From assembly GCA_045589215.1 (NCBI GenBank), contig JAZNOQ010000160.1:1-39056 (forward strand): a stretch of 39,056 nt of DNA. Reading direction: 5' to 3'. This document shows positions 1-8,617 of this stretch, piece by piece. The notes below the pieces were generated by a model. The model did no database searches. It was not told the origin of the DNA and was given only the letters and a program-made list of their open reading frames with translations. How positions within the stretch are numbered: the stretch's first letter is position 1; every line of letters starts with the position of its first letter. Source of the DNA: Eubacteriales bacterium. GTDB taxonomy: Bacteria > Bacillota > Clostridia > Oscillospirales > CAG-272. A program made the translations under genes and the position numbers.

Positions 1-1813
1 TCACGATGTGCTCAACAGAGCCATCCTCCTTGGTGATATGCGCGACCTTGCGATAGGGAGCCTCGATAAAGCCGTAGTTGCTGATACGTGCATAGGTGGT
101 CAGATAGGAGATCAGACCGATGTTAGGACCTTCGGGGGTCTCGATGGGACACATACGACCGTAGTGGGTGTAGTGAACGTCACGGACGTCGAAGGATGCG
201 CGGTCACGGGACAGACCGCCGGGGCCGAGTGCAGAAAGACGACGCTTATGCGTGAGCTCTGCGAGCGGATTATTCTGATCCATAAACTGCGACAGCTGCG
301 AGGATCCAAAGAACTCGCGGATGACGGTCGCAACCGGGCGGATATTGATCAGAGACTGGGGCGTAAGAGCCTTTTCGCTGTCCTGCGTAGTCATACGCTC
401 CTTGATGATCTTATCCATACGGGTAAAGCCGATGCGCATTGCATTCTGGAGCTGCTCACCGACCGAACGGATACGACGGTTGCCGAGGTGGTCGATATCG
501 TCCACTCTGCCGACTTCGTGTACAAGGCAAAGGATATAGTTAATGGAGGCAAAGATATCATCCTTCGTGATGTGCTTCGGAACAAGCTCTGCAATGCGAG
601 CCTTCGCCATAGCCTTGATCTCGTCCACGTCGCCGCCCGACTGCTCGAGAATGTCGAGAAGAACCGCGGTTCTTGCCTTTTCGGGCACGCCGCAATCCTT
701 CAGGTCAAAGCCGAGGATGTACTCAGGCTCGATCGTGTTGTTCGAGAAGACCTTGAGCACGTAGCCGTTGTCAAGCTCGATCTTAACGTCGTTCACCGCA
801 TTGTGTTCAACGTTCAGTGCCATCTCGGGCGTGAGAACGGTTCCCTTCTCGTAAAGGAGCTCACCCGTGATCGGGCTGACAACATCCTGTGCGAGTCTGT
901 GGTTTGCAATTCTCTCCGAGATCGCAAGCTTCTTGTTATACTTATAACGACCCACCGGAGCGATATCATACCGCTTCGGGTCAAAGAAGTAGTTGTTCAG
1001 AAGGGTCTGTGCCGATTCGACGAGCGGAGGCTCACCGGGACGGAGCTTCTTATAGATCTCCTTCAGTGCCTCGATGCCGACCGACGAATGCATACGGATC
1101 GCAAGATCCTCGCTCTCGTCCTTCTCAAAGGTAGCGGCGAGATTTTCCTCTTCGCCGAAAAGCTCGTAAATGGCTTCTCTCTCTTCGAATACCGAGGTCT
1201 CCTCGAGCGCACCGAGCGCACGGATAAACATCGTGATCGGGACCTTACGGTTCTTATCGATGCGGACGTAGATGACACCCGACTGATCGATCTCGTACTC
1301 CAGCCATGCACCGCGATACGGGATCACGGTAGCGCTGAACGTCTTGCGACCGGTCTTATCGATCGCAGAATCGTAATACATACCGGGCGAACGAACGATC
1401 TGGGATACGATGACACGCTCGGCACCGTTGATCACAAAGGTACCGTTTTCGGTCATCAGCGGGAATTCACCCATAAAGATATCCGACTGCTTCACTTCAC
1501 CGGTCTGCTTGTTCGTCAGACGAACGTTGACCTTCAGGGGAGCTGCGTAGTTCGCGTCGCGCTCCTTGCATTCCTCGACCGAGTACTTCGGCTTCTGATC
1601 GATCGAATACGAAATGAATTCGATCTGAAGATTGCCGGAATAATCGACGATCGGCGACACGTCGCGCAGAACCTCGATCAGTCCCTCATCGAGGAACCAG
1701 CGGAAGGATTTCGTCTGAATTTCCACAAGATTGGGGAGTTCGAGCGTATTGCGGGTTCTGGAGAAGCTCATTCTCTTATTCTGCCCAAGCCACGTCTCTT
1801 TTACATTGACCAT
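1..1813 (-). CDS. rpoB: DNA-directed RNA polymerase subunit beta, N-terminal ~604 codons; the 3' end runs off the left window edge
   Basis: Reverse-complement translation from the ATG at 1813 reads [45 protein letters not shown]. Further on, in the same frame, it reads [44 protein letters not shown]. Both are hallmark RpoB segments. The gene is absent from the ORF track because it is open at the window edge. Confidence 0.95.
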   Translation of the reverse strand, partial: MVNVKETWLGQNKRMSFSRTRNTLELPNLVEIQTKSFRWFLDEGLIEVLRDVSPIVDYSGNLQIEFISYSIDQKPKYSVEECKERDANYAAPLKVNVRLTNKQTGEVKQSDIFMGEFPLMTENGTFVINGAERVIVSQIVRSPGMYYDSAIDKTGRKTFSATVIPYRGAWLEYEIDQSGVIYVRIDKNRKVPITMFIRALGALEETSVFEEREAIYELFGEEENLAATFEKDESEDLAIRMHSSVGIEALKEIYKKLRPGEPPLVESAQTLLNNYFFDPKRYDIAPVGRYKYNKKLAISERIANHRLAQDVVSPITGELLYEKGTVLTPEMALNVEHNAVNDVKIELDNGYVLKVFSNNTIEPEYILGFDLKDCGVPEKARTAVLLDILEQSGGDVDEIKAMAKARIAELVPKHITKDDIFASINYILCLVHEVGRVDDIDHLGNRRIRSVGEQLQNAMRIGFTRMDKIIKERMTTQDSEKALTPQSLINIRPVATVIREFFGSSQLSQFMDQNNPLAELTHKRRLSALGPGGLSRDRASFDVRDVHYTHYGRMCPIETPEGPNIGLISYLTTYARISNYGFIEAPYRKVAHITKEDGSVEHIV

Positions 1814-1929
1814 TGATACAATCACTCCATTCAAGCTTTTCGACTTGCCTTTTTTCGCGTTCTCGGTCCCTTTTCAAGAAAAGAATGAACCGCAAGAGCG
1901 CACAGATGGCAATTATAACGCAGTATAGT

Positions 1930-1958
1930 ATTATAGCAGACTTGTCAAGACTTGTCAA
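1930..1958 (-). promoter_or_regulatory. sigma-A type promoter for rpoB (TTGACA-17 nt-TATAAT)
   Basis: The minus strand reads TTGACAagtcTTGACAagtctgcTATAAT. The distal TTGACA (1953-1958) sits exactly 17 nt from TATAAT (1930-1935). A second TTGACA lies 10 nt downstream, within the direct repeat gacttgtcaa x2. The promoter is ~115 nt upstream of the rpoB ATG. Confidence 0.6.
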
Positions 1959-2070
1959 GGGCTTTTTTGAATTTTTTTACAATTTTTTTGCTTTCGGTGT
2001 TTTTTCGGCAAAACCTTCCCTTTTATACGCCATATATACAAAGGTAAAAAACCTTCCGACACACCGATCC

Positions 2071-2094
2071 GAAAAAGCCCGTCCGCAAGACGGG
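2071..2094 (-). terminator. terminator-like hairpin with a U-run on the minus strand, lying between divergent promoters
   Basis: Stem cccgtc/gacggg (2078-2083 / 2089-2094) with a 5-nt loop. On the minus strand it is followed by cttttt. No minus-strand gene lies upstream of it. Confidence 0.35.
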
Positions 2095-2112
2095 TGACAG
2101 GAAGAAAAGCTC

Positions 2113-2141
2113 TTGACAAGCAGAGCGGAAACTGTTATAAT
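2113..2141 (+). promoter_or_regulatory. sigma-A promoter for holB (TTGACA-17-TATAAT with an extended TGn)
   Basis: TTGACA at 2113-2118, a 17-nt spacer ending in tgt, and TATAAT at 2136-2141. The promoter is 36 nt upstream of the holB GTG. Confidence 0.65.
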
Positions 2142-2176
2142 GATTATATGTAGCAAAAACGAAAGGGGAGCGGCGC

Positions 2177-3199
2177 GTGGATAGCATTTTCTCACATATC
2201 GTAGGCAACGACGCACTGAAGAAACGGCTCGGTGCCGACGTACGACGCGGCTCTCTCTCTCACGCATACATCATCGAGGGCAGACGGGGATGCGGCAAGC
2301 ACCTGACGGCGCAGTCGATCGCGGCGGCAATCAACTGCAAGGGTAAAAAAAGCACAGTTCCCTGCGGGAAATGCGAGGCGTGCCGTAAGATCCTCGAACA
2401 CCTCTCCCCCGACGTCATTACGGTCACCCGCGAAGACGGAAAGGCGTCCCTCGGTGTCGAAGTCATCCGAGGTCTCCGCGCAGATACGGCAACCGTCCCC
2501 GGTGAGCTTGACCGCAAGGTCTACATTGTCGAGGAATCCGATCTCATGACCGAGCAGGCACAGAATGCACTTCTCCTCACACTTGAGGAGCCCCCGCCCT
2601 TCGTGATGTTTCTTCTGCTGTGCGAAAACGCACGCTCCCTCCTCGAAACCATCCGAAGCCGCGCACCGACGATCCGCGTCGAGCCGCTCGGAAGGGATGC
2701 ACTTGACAAGTATCTGTGCGAAAACGATCCCCGCGCACGGCTGACGAAAAACAATCAACCGAACGAATACGAAGCGATCCTGACCGCCGCGGACGGCTCG
2801 ATCGGAGAAGCGCTCCGTCTCCTTGATCCAAAGGAGCGAAAGGCATTCCTCATAGGGCGGGCAACCGTCGATACGATCGTGCAGGCGCTTGCAATCCGCT
2901 CGCAGAACGATACCCTCTCCGCACTCCTCTCGGTCGCATCCCAAAAGCGTCCCGAGGTGATCGCACAGCTTTCCCTCCTCCTCACCGCACTCCGCGATCT
3001 CATCGCGGTCAGCCGTGCCGAGAATCCACACCTTTGCTTTTACACCGATATAGAGGAAACCGCCGATCTCGCATCGCACTTTTCCCTCTCCGCACTCGTC
3101 TCGCTCTTCGACGCCGTCGATCACGCGATCGACGCGCTCTCGAAAAACGCGAGCGTCCCTCTCACCCTCATCAACCTTTCCGTGGCGGCGGGCCGCTGA
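2177..3199 (+). CDS. holB: DNA polymerase III subunit delta-prime
   Basis: The N-terminus reads HAYIIEGRRGCGKHLTAQSIAAAINC, a degenerate P-loop, followed by the Zn module CGKCEACRKI. These plus LLLTLEEPP and the SRAP sensor motif are typical of HolB. The start is GTG, preceded by aaaggggag. Confidence 0.85.
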   Translation: MDSIFSHIVGNDALKKRLGADVRRGSLSHAYIIEGRRGCGKHLTAQSIAAAINCKGKKSTVPCGKCEACRKILEHLSPDVITVTREDGKASLGVEVIRGLRADTATVPGELDRKVYIVEESDLMTEQAQNALLLTLEEPPPFVMFLLLCENARSLLETIRSRAPTIRVEPLGRDALDKYLCENDPRARLTKNNQPNEYEAILTAADGSIGEALRLLDPKERKAFLIGRATVDTIVQALAIRSQNDTLSALLSVASQKRPEVIAQLSLLLTALRDLIAVSRAENPHLCFYTDIEETADLASHFSLSALVSLFDAVDHAIDALSKNASVPLTLINLSVAAGR

Positions 3200-3241
3200 C
3201 CCCGACACGAATCAAATCACAGCATACAGAAAGATACAAAT

Positions 3242-4684
3242 ATGATGTCTTACGATAACACGACCCAGAATAGCGAACAGGAGAGCTCCCCTTTCCGTAC
3301 AGGTGACGCGCCCGCGGCGAACGTTTCGGGCATTCCCGACGATTACGTTATGATCGACCTCTCGCCAAAAAGCGAGCCCGAAAAGGCGGAAGTCCCCACA
3401 GAGGCCGACGCACCTGCAGAGCCGAAGCTCGCTCCCCCTTCGGAGGAGCCGAAAAAGAATAGCGGCGACACCACGGTGGAGATCGTCGGCATTCGCTTCA
3501 AGAAGGGCGGAAAGATCTACTACTTTGATCCGCGCGGGATCAAGGCGCCGAAGGGCGGCTTTGCCATCGTCGAGACCGCCCGCGGTCAGGAATACGGCGA
3601 GATCGCGCTTGAAAACACGCGCGTACCCGAAAGCGAGATCGTCCCTCCCATCCGTCCCCTTCTTCGCGTTGCGACGAAGGCAGACGAGGAGCATTTCGCA
3701 GAAAACCGCCGGAAGGAAGAAGAGGCTTTCCGCACCTGCCTTGAGAAGATCGCATCGCACAAGCTCGATATGAAGCTCGTTGAAGCACAGTACACCTTCG
3801 ACAACTCGAAGCTTCTGTTTTATTTCACCTCCGCAGGACGCGTGGACTTCCGCGATCTCGTCAAGGATCTCGCCTCGGTATTCCGCACGCGCATTGAGCT
3901 TCGTCAGATCGGCATCCGTGACGAGGCAAAGCTGATCGGCGGTCTTGGGAGCTGCGGACGCGCGCTTTGCTGTTCGGGCTTCCTCTCGGATTTCGGTCAG
4001 GTCTCGATCAAAATGGCAAAGGAGCAGAATCTCTCACTCAATTCCACGAAGATCTCGGGCACCTGCGGCAGACTGATGTGCTGTCTGCGTTACGAATACG
4101 AAACTTATCTTGAGGAAATCCGTCTGACCCCGCCCGTGGACAGCATCGTAAAGACACCCGACGGTGTCGGAACGGTGGTTGAGACCGCACCGCTGCTCGG
4201 AACGGTCAAGGTCCGTCTTTCGTCGGAGCCAGACGCCGCTCCCCGTCCCTATCACAGAGATACCGTAACGGTGTTCCCGAAGGGCAAGGGACCGACCGAG
4301 GAGGATCTTGCGATCCGTGCACGCCCGAAGGATGACTTTGAAAAGAAGCTTGCCGCCTTTGAAAGCGCACAGGCATCGACGAATACAGCTCCCCACCGTT
4401 CCCGCACAAATGACCTTCAAGGGAAGAAGGAGCACAAGGCGGAAAACCACAGCTTCCGCAAGAAGGACGAAAAGCACGGCTCAGCCCTCGTGCAAAAGAG
4501 ACCGCCCGAAAACGACGGTCGCGGCAAATCTTCCGCCGTCGAAAACGGAAACGCGAAAAACCATAGTCACGCCCAAAGACATCATGGAAAATCGCACCAC
4601 CAAGGCAGAAAGCCCCACCCCGTTCAAAAGACGCAGCACCGCGGCGGAGGAGGGAAATCGGGCTCGAACGGTGGAAACTCCTGA
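3242..4684 (+). CDS. yaaT: PSP1-domain protein YaaT/RicT with long N- and C-terminal low-complexity extensions
   Basis: The core runs IVGIRFKKGGKIYYFDP...YTFDNSKLLFYFTSAGRVDFRDLVKDLASVFRTRIELRQIG...CGRALCCSGFL...GTCGRLMCCLRYE. This is the PSP1/YaaT signature with its Cys clusters. Conserved holB-yaaT synteny supports the call. Confidence 0.9.
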   Translation: MMSYDNTTQNSEQESSPFRTGDAPAANVSGIPDDYVMIDLSPKSEPEKAEVPTEADAPAEPKLAPPSEEPKKNSGDTTVEIVGIRFKKGGKIYYFDPRGIKAPKGGFAIVETARGQEYGEIALENTRVPESEIVPPIRPLLRVATKADEEHFAENRRKEEEAFRTCLEKIASHKLDMKLVEAQYTFDNSKLLFYFTSAGRVDFRDLVKDLASVFRTRIELRQIGIRDEAKLIGGLGSCGRALCCSGFLSDFGQVSIKMAKEQNLSLNSTKISGTCGRLMCCLRYEYETYLEEIRLTPPVDSIVKTPDGVGTVVETAPLLGTVKVRLSSEPDAAPRPYHRDTVTVFPKGKGPTEEDLAIRARPKDDFEKKLAAFESAQASTNTAPHRSRTNDLQGKKEHKAENHSFRKKDEKHGSALVQKRPPENDGRGKSSAVENGNAKNHSHAQRHHGKSHHQGRKPHPVQKTQHRGGGGKSGSNGGNS

Positions 4685-4766
4685 CGAAAAAACGAGATTT
4701 TGACGGTGTTTCCGAAAAAATCTACAAAAAAAATCGCACTTTTTTCAAAAAAATTGCAAAAAGGTA

Positions 4767-4795
4767 TTTCCAAAACCGAAAAAGTGTGATACAAT
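4767..4795 (+). promoter_or_regulatory. promoter for the ferredoxin gene (TTTCCA-17-TGaTACAAT)
   Basis: TACAAT at 4790-4795 is preceded by an extended -10 tga. A weak -35 TTTCCA lies at 4767-4772. Confidence 0.45.
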
Positions 4796-4838
4796 ATACC
4801 CGTAACCAAAATACCACACACATATGGAGGAAACTCAA

Positions 4839-5009
4839 ATGGCTTACAAGATTAGTGATGATTGCATCTCCTGCGGCGTTTGCGCTGAAAACTGCCCTGT
4901 AAACGCAATTGCTGAAGGTGACGGCAAGTACGTAATCAATCCTGACCTCTGCATCGACTGCGGTGCATGTGCAGGTGACTGCCCCGTTGATGCTCCCAAG
5001 GCAGAGTAA
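4839..5009 (+). CDS. 2x[4Fe-4S] clostridial-type ferredoxin (56 aa)
   Basis: MAYKISDDCISCGVCAENCPVNAI...CIDCGACAGDCPV carries two CxxCxxCxxxCP motifs. GGAGGA lies 7 nt upstream of the ATG at 4839, so the track start at 4824 is unlikely. Confidence 0.92.
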   Translation: MAYKISDDCISCGVCAENCPVNAIAEGDGKYVINPDLCIDCGACAGDCPVDAPKAE

Positions 5010-5024
5010 TTAACGCGGGGAAAG

Positions 5025-5071
5025 CGGAGTCGGCCGTATCTTCACAGTGAGAGCGCGGTCGGCTCCGTTTT
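5025..5071 (+). terminator. intrinsic terminator after the ferredoxin gene
   Basis: Arm ggagtcggccg (5025-5035) pairs with cggtcggctcc (5055-5065), including 2 G-U pairs. A ttttt run follows. Confidence 0.7.
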
Positions 5072-5122
5072 TCTGTATAAGCCTTACCCAAACGATAACC
5101 GCTTAAGGATCGTGATCATCAT

Positions 5123-5941
5123 ATGAAAGCTCCACCTATACTTTACGAAAACGAACGGCTTGACGAGGTCAACGAGGCGATCACCCTGATCCAGAAAAAA
5201 GACGGGCTCACCTTCGGCACGGATGCCTATCTCCTTGCCGCCTTCATAAGACCGTCGGCACGCGCACGGGCGATCGAGCTCGGTGCGGGCACGGGGATCA
5301 TTTCCCTTCTGCTTTCGGCGCGCAACAAGGTAAAAAGCACCCTCGCGGTCGAGCTTCAGCCCGAATTTGCCGAGCTTTGCAGGCGGAATACCGAGCTGAA
5401 CGGCTTCTCGGATCGGATCGAGACACTCTGCGCCGACGTGCGAACGCTTGACGCGGGACGTCTTGGATTTGAAGCCGATCTCGTTTTTTCAAATCCGCCT
5501 TATATGAAAACCGACTCAGGACTCCCGAACAGGAGCAAAGGAAAGAACATTGCTCGCCACGAAACGGCAGGCGGCATCGGAGACTTCTGCCTCGCGGCGG
5601 CACGGCTACTGAAGCACGGCGGCACCTTCGTACTCGTCTACCGTCCCGACAGACTCCCCGAGCTCATCGTGGGACTTCACGCGGCGGGACTCGAGCCGAA
5701 GCGCATGACCTTCGTTTCGTCGGACGTTCATACCGCTCCGTCGATGGTCCTCGTCGAAAGCCGCAAGGGCGGCGGAACGGGGCTTACCGTCACACCGCCC
5801 CTGATCTTACACAAGGAACGAAACGGATCGGGTCCGCTTGAAATGACCGACGAGGCACGTGCCGTATACGACTCCTGCGCCCTCTTTCCCGTACAGGGAA
5901 AACGCACAAAGCCCACAGATCGGAACAATACGAAGGAGTGA
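5123..5941 (+). CDS. SAM-dependent methyltransferase, tRNA (adenine-N6)-methyltransferase-like (YabB/TrmN6 family)
   Basis: ELGAGTGIISLLL is SAM-binding motif I, and FSNPPYMK is the NPPY catalytic motif. The position downstream of yaaT matches Bacillus yabB. Confidence 0.75.
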   Translation: MKAPPILYENERLDEVNEAITLIQKKDGLTFGTDAYLLAAFIRPSARARAIELGAGTGIISLLLSARNKVKSTLAVELQPEFAELCRRNTELNGFSDRIETLCADVRTLDAGRLGFEADLVFSNPPYMKTDSGLPNRSKGKNIARHETAGGIGDFCLAAARLLKHGGTFVLVYRPDRLPELIVGLHAAGLEPKRMTFVSSDVHTAPSMVLVESRKGGGTGLTVTPPLILHKERNGSGPLEMTDEARAVYDSCALFPVQGKRTKPTDRNNTKE

Positions 5942-5950
5942 TCTCTCTTT

Positions 5951-6409
5951 ATGAATAACGCACAAAAAAATCTTCATACCGCGAAAAAGGCGATCAAAAA
6001 AGCCACGCGGCGCGCTTCGGCAAAATTCCTGACCGTCGCCGCTCTGAGCGCAATGATCCCGTACAAGATCGAAAAACGCCAAAACCTTGAAACGGGTGAC
6101 GACGGATACGATCTTTCCTCCCTCCTTCTTCGTGTCTCGATCGCGCCGAAGTGCGAGGACTCGATCAGGAACAAGACGCTCCTTCGCGTCGGACTTCGCC
6201 CGATGGATGAGGTGAGGGAGGATCTCCGCACACTTGAAGGGATGCTTTCAAAGAAGGAGCCCACCGTCATCGAGCCTGTTCCCCTCTCCGAAAAGGACGC
6301 GAAAAAGCTCGAAAAGGCACAGAACACCGCGCGAAAGCTCGAACGCAAGATTCTGAAGAAGCGGCTGAAGGCGGCGCGCAAGGCATATAAGGCGGCGTGC
6401 AAGGCATGA
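5951..6409 (+). CDS. hypothetical Lys-rich protein (152 aa)
   Basis: The ORF has AAGGAG 13 nt upstream and overlaps the next gene's start by 13 nt, which suggests coupling. I recognise no family. Confidence 0.5.
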   Translation: MNNAQKNLHTAKKAIKKATRRASAKFLTVAALSAMIPYKIEKRQNLETGDDGYDLSSLLLRVSIAPKCEDSIRNKTLLRVGLRPMDEVREDLRTLEGMLSKKEPTVIEPVPLSEKDAKKLEKAQNTARKLERKILKKRLKAARKAYKAACKA

Positions 6410-7167
6410 GACGAATTCTGAGCTACGTTCGCCGCGCAGTCGACGATTACGAAATGATCGAAAACGGCGACCGCATCGCCGTCGGCGTATCGGCGGGCAA
6501 GGATTCGCTGACGCTTCTCGCCGCCCTTGCCGCCCTGCAAAGATTTTACCCGAAGCACTTCGAGCTCGTGGCGGTCACGATCGATATGGGCTTTCCAAAC
6601 ACCGACTTTTCAGAGATCCGTAAATTCTGTGAGGAACGAAGCGTTCCCTATCACGTGATCCCCTCGGAGATCTACAAGATCATTTTCGAGGTGAGACAAG
6701 AAAAGAACCCCTGCTCCCTGTGTGCAAAAATGCGGAGAGGGGCGCTTCACAACGCCGCAAAGTCGCTCGGATGCAATAAGGTCGCGCTCGGGCATCACTT
6801 TGACGACGCGGTCGAGACCTTTATGCTGAACCTCTTTTATGAGGGGCGCATCGGGTGCTTCTCACCCGTCACCTATCTTTCACGTGCCGATCTTCATATG
6901 ATCCGCCCGATGATCTATCTGCCCGAAAAGGACATCCGTTACTTTGCGTCGCACACGAGCCTTCCCGTCGTGAAATCGGAATGCCCCGCCGACGGAAACA
7001 CCGAGAGAGAGGAAATGAAGCAGCTCCTTGCTACGCTCGACAGACAGCACAAGGGGCTTCGTTACCGTATCTTCGGTGCAATGCAGCGCGGAGAGATCGA
7101 CGGCTTTAAGCTTCCGACGGGCAGGATGAAATCGATGAACGATTATTCAGACAGCGAAAGTAAGTGA
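6397..7167 (+). CDS. ttcA: PP-loop ATPase, TtcA-like tRNA 2-thiocytidine biosynthesis protein
   Basis: The PP-loop is VGVSAGKDSLTLL. It is followed by CSLCAKMRRGAL, GHHFDDAVETFMLNLFYEG and a C-terminal CPA motif. This is the typical TtcA family layout. Confidence 0.8.
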   Translation: MQGMRRILSYVRRAVDDYEMIENGDRIAVGVSAGKDSLTLLAALAALQRFYPKHFELVAVTIDMGFPNTDFSEIRKFCEERSVPYHVIPSEIYKIIFEVRQEKNPCSLCAKMRRGALHNAAKSLGCNKVALGHHFDDAVETFMLNLFYEGRIGCFSPVTYLSRADLHMIRPMIYLPEKDIRYFASHTSLPVVKSECPADGNTEREEMKQLLATLDRQHKGLRYRIFGAMQRGEIDGFKLPTGRMKSMNDYSDSESK

Positions 7168-7182
7168 CGTCGAAAAAGAAAA

Positions 7183-7220
7183 ATGCGTATTCCCCTTCCC
7201 GTGGCGGTACGCATTTTTTG
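7183..7220 (+). terminator. intrinsic terminator after the ttcA-like gene
   Basis: Stem atgcgta/tacgcat (7183-7189 / 7208-7214) is followed by tttttgtttt. Confidence 0.6.
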
Positions 7221-7264
7221 TTTTGTAATTCTTTCAAAAAATCAAGAATTTGTAAAAAGTCATA

Positions 7265-7293
7265 TTTACAAATCTCCCAAAATGTGGTATAAT
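7265..7293 (+). promoter_or_regulatory. sigma-A promoter (TTTACA-17-TGgTATAAT)
   Basis: TTTACA at 7265-7270, a 17-nt spacer ending in tgg, and TATAAT at 7288-7293. It lies upstream of the acyltransferase gene. Confidence 0.6.
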
Positions 7294-7375
7294 ATGTTGA
7301 CTACGCAACGAAATCACTTTCTGTGAGCATCGAATTCTATGAAAGGCATCGCGTTTTTTTGCGAAGGAGGATCAT

Positions 7376-8617
7376 ATGAATACGACCGAAGCACCTGCGA
7401 AAGTGCAGGAGAAACCGATCTCAAACCCGAAGAAAAAACGAAGGTGGATCAAGCTCCGCCACCGCATCGTCCGTGTGATCGCCTATCTCATTCTGAAGCC
7501 GATCTCGCGGCTGAAATACGGCATCAAGATCGAGCCTCTTCGAGACAAAAGGCAGTTCACGATCCTGCTAAACCACCAGACACCGTTTGATCAGTTCTTT
7601 GTCGGAATGGCATTTCCGCGCGTGATCTACTACGTCGCGTCCGAGGATATCTTCTCGAACGGCTTCGTGTCGTCCCTGATCCGTTTTCTCGTTGCCCCCA
7701 TCCCGATCAAAAAGCAGACCACCGACCTCCGTGCGATCAGGACCATCCTATCGGTTGCCAAGGAAGGCGGCTCGATCGCGATCGCGCCCGAGGGAAACCG
7801 CACCTACAGCGGAAGGACCGAATATATGGCTCCGTCGATCTCATCGCTCGTGCGCCGCATGAAGCTACCTGTTGCCCTTTTCCGCATTGAAGGCGGTTAC
7901 GGCGTTCAACCGCGATGGGCAGACGGAACGCGGAGAGGCAAGATGCGCGCTTACGTTACCCGCATCATCGAGCCCGAGGAATACGAAGGTCTTACGGACG
8001 ACGAGCTGTTTTCCGTCATCCGAGAGGGGCTATACGTAAACGAGGCTGTGCCGAGCGGCATTTACAAAAGCAAACGAAGCGCTGAATATCTCGAAAGAAT
8101 GCTTTACGTCTGTCCGTTTTGCGGATTTTCGCGTTTTGAGAGCCACGGAGACACGGTCACGTGCATGACCTGCGGAGAGAGCGTTCGCTATCTCGAGACG
8201 AAGGAGCTTTCTGCCACTGCGCCGAGGTTTCCCTTCCACTTGATCTCGGAATGGTATGACTATCAGAAGGATTTCGTAAACGCGCTCGACCTAATGCAGT
8301 ACACCGAAGTGCCGATCTTCACAGACACGGCAAGCGTTTCGGAGGTCATCGTGTGCAAAAAGAAAAAGCGGATCGCAAAAAACGCGCCCGTCGCGCTTTA
8401 CGGAGACCGCGTCGAGATCGGGGAGATGTCCGTTCCCTTTTCACTTGCATCCGCCTTCACCGTGCTTGGACGAAACAAGCTCAACATCTACTATGAGGGA
8501 AGGATCTATCAGCTGAAGGGCGACAAACGCTTCAATGCGCTGAAATACGTACATCTTTATCACAGATACAAGAACTTATCCAAAGGAGACGGCAATGGAA
8601 AATTTTTGGGACTTTAA
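7376..8617 (+). CDS. PlsC-family lysophospholipid/1-acylglycerol-3-phosphate acyltransferase with a C-terminal Cys4 zinc-ribbon domain
   Basis: NHQTPFD is the HX4D acyltransferase motif, and IAIAPEGNRT is motif III. CPFCG...CMTCG forms a zinc-ribbon. GAAGGAGG serves as RBS. Confidence 0.75.
   Translation: MNTTEAPAKVQEKPISNPKKKRRWIKLRHRIVRVIAYLILKPISRLKYGIKIEPLRDKRQFTILLNHQTPFDQFFVGMAFPRVIYYVASEDIFSNGFVSSLIRFLVAPIPIKKQTTDLRAIRTILSVAKEGGSIAIAPEGNRTYSGRTEYMAPSISSLVRRMKLPVALFRIEGGYGVQPRWADGTRRGKMRAYVTRIIEPEEYEGLTDDELFSVIREGLYVNEAVPSGIYKSKRSAEYLERMLYVCPFCGFSRFESHGDTVTCMTCGESVRYLETKELSATAPRFPFHLISEWYDYQKDFVNALDLMQYTEVPIFTDTASVSEVIVCKKKKRIAKNAPVALYGDRVEIGEMSVPFSLASAFTVLGRNKLNIYYEGRIYQLKGDKRFNALKYVHLYHRYKNLSKGDGNGKFLGL

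Noticed and set aside
8-1816. 602-aa plus-strand ORF, the longest ORF listed at the left end of the track
   Set aside because: It is the antisense shadow of rpoB. The minus strand translates to unmistakable RpoB motifs. The plus-strand product is an Arg/Leu/Asp-rich string with no recognisable domain.
1939-1958. Tandem direct repeat gacttgtcaa x2
   Set aside because: It is explained as two overlapping -35 (TTGACA) boxes of the rpoB promoter region. It is too short to call a repeat element.
2192-3208. 338-aa minus-strand ORF
   Set aside because: It is the antisense shadow of holB.
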